A stretch of 64,000 bases of DNA from Octopus bimaculoides (lineage: Eukaryota). Within the stretch, counting starts at the first letter, position 1; each line of letters begins with the position of its first letter. Under the pieces are notes generated by a model that ran no database searches, was not told the DNA's origin, and saw only the letters and a list, made by a program, of their open reading frames with translations. The position numbers and the translations under genes are program-made. The DNA lies in NCBI RefSeq assembly GCF_001194135.2, contig NC_068984.1, positions 39,992,353 to 40,056,352 on the forward strand. The letters run 5' to 3'. Positions 60,587 to 64,000 of this stretch are shown piece by piece.

Positions 60587-63507
60587 TACACACATAAATG
60601 ATGTCCTTTTCCATCTACTAAATTCACTTACAAGGAATTGGTCAATAGACACTTTCCAAGGTGCTTGCTGTGGACTGAATGCAAATAAAGCAAAACAAAA
60701 CCATGTAGTTGAAAAGCAAGCTTCTTAACCATAAAGCCATGCCTGTACTCCTCTCTTGTGTGTATGATGGACTCTCCTGTCAAAGATGATGTATGAGCAT
60801 TCAGCCTTTGCCAAACAACCTGCCCAAATGATTTGTTTATAGTGATCAAATGTATTGCTGTACTTTAGCTCACTCTCTCTATCAAATCAATGTTGTCTGA
60901 ACAAGTGCACCATGCACTACACGTTCAGTGTCGAAGTGATCACAGAGCAATGTGAGATGAAGTGTTTTGCTCAAGAACACAATGCACCACCTGGTCTAGG
61001 AATTGAAACCACGATTTTGTGATTGAGTGCAACATCCTAACCGCTAGGCCATGCATCCTAAGCATATAATGTTAGTAAAGAATAAAGTAAGTTATATAAA
61101 AATAGTGTACACTGATTATATACTTTTTGATGATATAATGAAAACCTAATATTTACTTTTCAAAAAAGCCTAAAACAACCAAACTTTTAGTTGCTGTAAG
61201 ATTATTTTGTGATCAGTTTAATATGTTATATTTTCTTTTACCTTTTGTTTATTTCAGGAAATTGAATTTCTAACTCTTTCTTTAAATCAGTTGAAAGTAG
61301 CTCAAACTAAATTTAGTGAATCTCAAGAATGTCTTAGTCAAGTCACCAAGCAAAATCTGGATAACGATATTCTTGTTCCTCTTACAGGATCTGTATCCTT
61401 TTATCACATTTGTGTATCTCGTGTTGTTGTATGCAAATCCAAACTTTTATGTGAGTTCCTCAAACATATCTTATGGATGGATTCTCTATTCAATATTGTA
61501 ATTATTTAATGACAGTGGTGGTGGGGGTGTTTTTCAGTTACTTAATAGTGATAATGTTTTAATAGATGATTTAAAAAGAATCTCTGGAAGTTTGTCAAGT
61601 TAAAAATGACAAACTGGACAAATTTATTCATCTCATAAATTCATGAGCACCATTAAGCTTTTGAGGGAGTTATCATCATCATCATCATCATTGTTTAACG
61701 TCCGCTTTCCATGCTAGCATGGGTTGGACGATTTGACTGAGGACTGGTGAACCAGATGGCTACACCAGGCATCTGATTTGGCAGAGTTTCTACAGCTGGA
61801 TGCCCTTCCTAATGCCAACCACTCCGAGAGTGTAGTGGGTGCTTTTACGTGCCACTGGCACAAAGGCCAGTCAGGCGGTACTGGCAATGACCATGCTCAA
61901 AATGGTGTATTTTACGTGTCACCTGCACAGGAGTCAGTCCAGCGGCACTGGCAACGATCTCGCTCAAATGTCTTTACATTGTATAAAATAAAATAAAATT
62001 TTATTGAAGAGCAGACTCTGAAAACTTATGTAATATGCCATTCTATTTGACAAAAGAAAACAGACTTCAGTTTTCTAGGAGTAAAATAACTGAATATAAT
62101 CAAAGGAGATTAAAAGTAGATTTGCATGTTTATTGTCTTTAAGCTCCTTAATGTTATTTCTAGATGTATGTTCCTGGGAAATTATCTAATGTTGAAGAAT
62201 GTTTAGTTGACATTGGTACTGGATATTATATTGAAATGGTTTGTATTACTTCGTTTTATATTTAAAAAAAACCCAAAGCAAAACAGAAACATTAAAACTG
62301 TAAATTGAAGATTGACATATAATTATAAAATGTATGTTGTTTGAATGTTAAATTTGTAAATTTGCTGATGTTGACTTTGCCATTTGCCCTTTTGGGGTTG
62401 ATAAAATAAGTACCAGTCACACACTGGAGTCGATGTAATCAACTAGCCCACTTACCCAAAATTTCACATCTTGTGCCAATAGTAGAAAGGATATTAATAA
62501 CTTCAGTTGCATACAGTCTGTTTAGCACAGCTGAATTTCTGCTTTTCTGACAACTGTAGTTATATATAATTGTGGTAAACATAGAAAGACATGGTAAATG
62601 AGATGAAACATGACACAAATAGTTGCACTGGCATTCAAAATTTCATTGAATCTCTGTTGACAATTATAGGTTATTAATAAATTTTAGTGTAGGTGCAAGA
62701 AGTTAGCTTCCCAACCACATGGTCCTGGGTTTAGTCCCATTGCATGGTATTTTGGGTGTGTCTTCTGCTATAGCCGTGGGCTGACCAAAGCCTTGTAAGT
62801 GGATTTGGTAAATGGAAACTGTAAGAAACGTGTGTGTATCTTGGTGTTTGTCCTCTCAGCACTGCTTGGCAACTGGTGCTGGTTTGTTTGTATCCCCATA
62901 ACTTTCCAAAAATTAACTGATAGAATAGTTACCAAACTTAAAATTTAGTACTGGGGTCAATTTGTATCTTTGTGTATGCCCCCCCCCCACCACTGCATGA
63001 CAGCCAGTGTTAGTTTGTTTATGTCCTTGTAACTTAGCAGTATGACAAAAGAGACTGACAGAATAAGTACCAGACTTTTAAAAAAAAATAGAGCCTTCAA
63101 GGGGGTTTCCCAGCATGGATGCAGTCCAATGACTAAAGCAAGTAAAAGTTTAACAGATTGTATCATGAAAGCAGAAGTGGATAGTATATAATAATCTTCT
63201 TACTAATATGCATACAGTAATCTTAACCCAATCCTCTTCATTCAATCTGCATCTTCTGGAAACGAAGCATAATTTTTATATTAAATTACACATAATCTTG
63301 CTGTTCCATAATATATTAATTACACGAAATGTTATTATTATATATAAAAAAAAGGATTAAATGATAATGAATTAAAATAATTTTGATAACAAATATTTCA
63401 GACAGTAGATTCAAGCAAAAAGTTTTTCAAGAGGAAAGTAGATTATATCACCAAACAAATAGAAAAGATGCAGCCACTTTTACAAGATAAATACAGGATG
63501 AAACAAG
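58521..63507 (+). CDS. PFDN5: Prefoldin subunit 5, exons 58521-58598, 61258-61392, 62164-62238, 63402-63507; last exon lies beyond the window
   Basis: [26 protein letters not shown]|[19 protein letters not shown]...ILVPLTGS|[25 protein letters not shown]|[35 protein letters not shown] carries the prefoldin alpha motifs LVPLT.SMYVPG and VDIGTGYY. Junctions are in phase. Confidence 0.95.
59666..60150. repeat. Diverged tandem duplication (period about 248 bp) with degenerate hammerhead-like motifs in PFDN5 intron 1
   Basis: tattttgtttcagtgctat...agctagca...atatacaatat...ggag(a)tcagctgaa at 59666 and 59914; CTGATGA at 60099 inside an outer stem. Confidence 0.6.
61393..62163 (+). other. U12-type (minor spliceosome) GT-AG intron, PFDN5 intron 2
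   Basis: 5' splice site GTATCCTTTT; branch point TCCTTAAT at 62145-62152, 11 nt before the end of the intron (TAG); no long polypyrimidine tract. Confidence 0.92.
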
Positions 63508-63519
63508 GTAAGCTCACTG

Positions 63520-63554
<35 letters not shown>

Positions 63555-63589
63555 NNNNNNNNNNGCATACACACACTTAAGTCCTCTCA

Positions 63590-64000
63590 CATTCTGAGAT
63601 GCATAAGGTTGTCAGCTTTCTCTGGTGTAGTTGATCTGATGCTGTTCTTTCCATTCCTCTCCAACTGATTCTCATGCATTTGAGGTCTTTCTGGAATGGT
63701 GATTCTTGTCTGGTCTTTGTTCCGGTGTCCAGCAGGTTGTGGAACATACAGACAATTTCTACTATTTGGGCAATGTGACAAGCAGTGTTAGAAGCATAGA
63801 AAGTAATACGAACAGCAGATTTGGCAAAGCAATGGCCATCCAACAAATGTGCCACATCTGAGCAATATGAGGCATCAGTGTTGACATGAAGGTTCATTCG
63901 TATAGTGTAATAGTTCTACAATTGGTTCCGTATGGAAGTGAAATTAGGAAAATGTTGGTGAAAGTCGTCAAAAAGCTGGATGTATTGTATTAGCAATGCC
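63590..64000 (+). mobile_element. Decayed RTE-like LINE fragment in a PFDN5 intron
   Basis: VEHTDNFYYLGNV...NSRFGKAMA...PYGSE...KKLDVLY*QC resembles the post-RT region of RTE elements. Confidence 0.6.

Overview
Eukaryotic, AT-rich, intron- and repeat-rich genomic DNA with assembly gaps. The repeat families and microsatellite style suggest an octopus or other coleoid cephalopod (inference). I assembled four spliced housekeeping genes by hand from translated exons with in-phase GT-AG junctions. They are MRPL45 (minus strand, exons 1-4, continuing off the left edge), BZW/eIF5-mimic 5MP (plus, complete, 13 coding exons, 416 aa), RSU1 (minus, complete, 9 exons, 270 aa) and PFDN5 (plus, exons 1-4, continuing off the right edge). 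They form two head-to-head pairs with a tail-to-tail BZW/RSU1 junction. The introns hold decayed LINEs (R4/Dong, L1/Tx1, CR1, RTE, Penelope-like), many tRNA-derived SINEs, MITEs and hairpins. The strongest observations are a U12-type intron in PFDN5, the poor start context of BZW consistent with known autoregulation, a very compact MRPL45/BZW bidirectional promoter, hammerhead-ribozyme-like motifs and clean nested transposon insertions. I see no evidence for a wholly new biological system. There is no CRISPR array, rRNA or genuine tRNA gene, and nearly all ORF-track entries are spurious.
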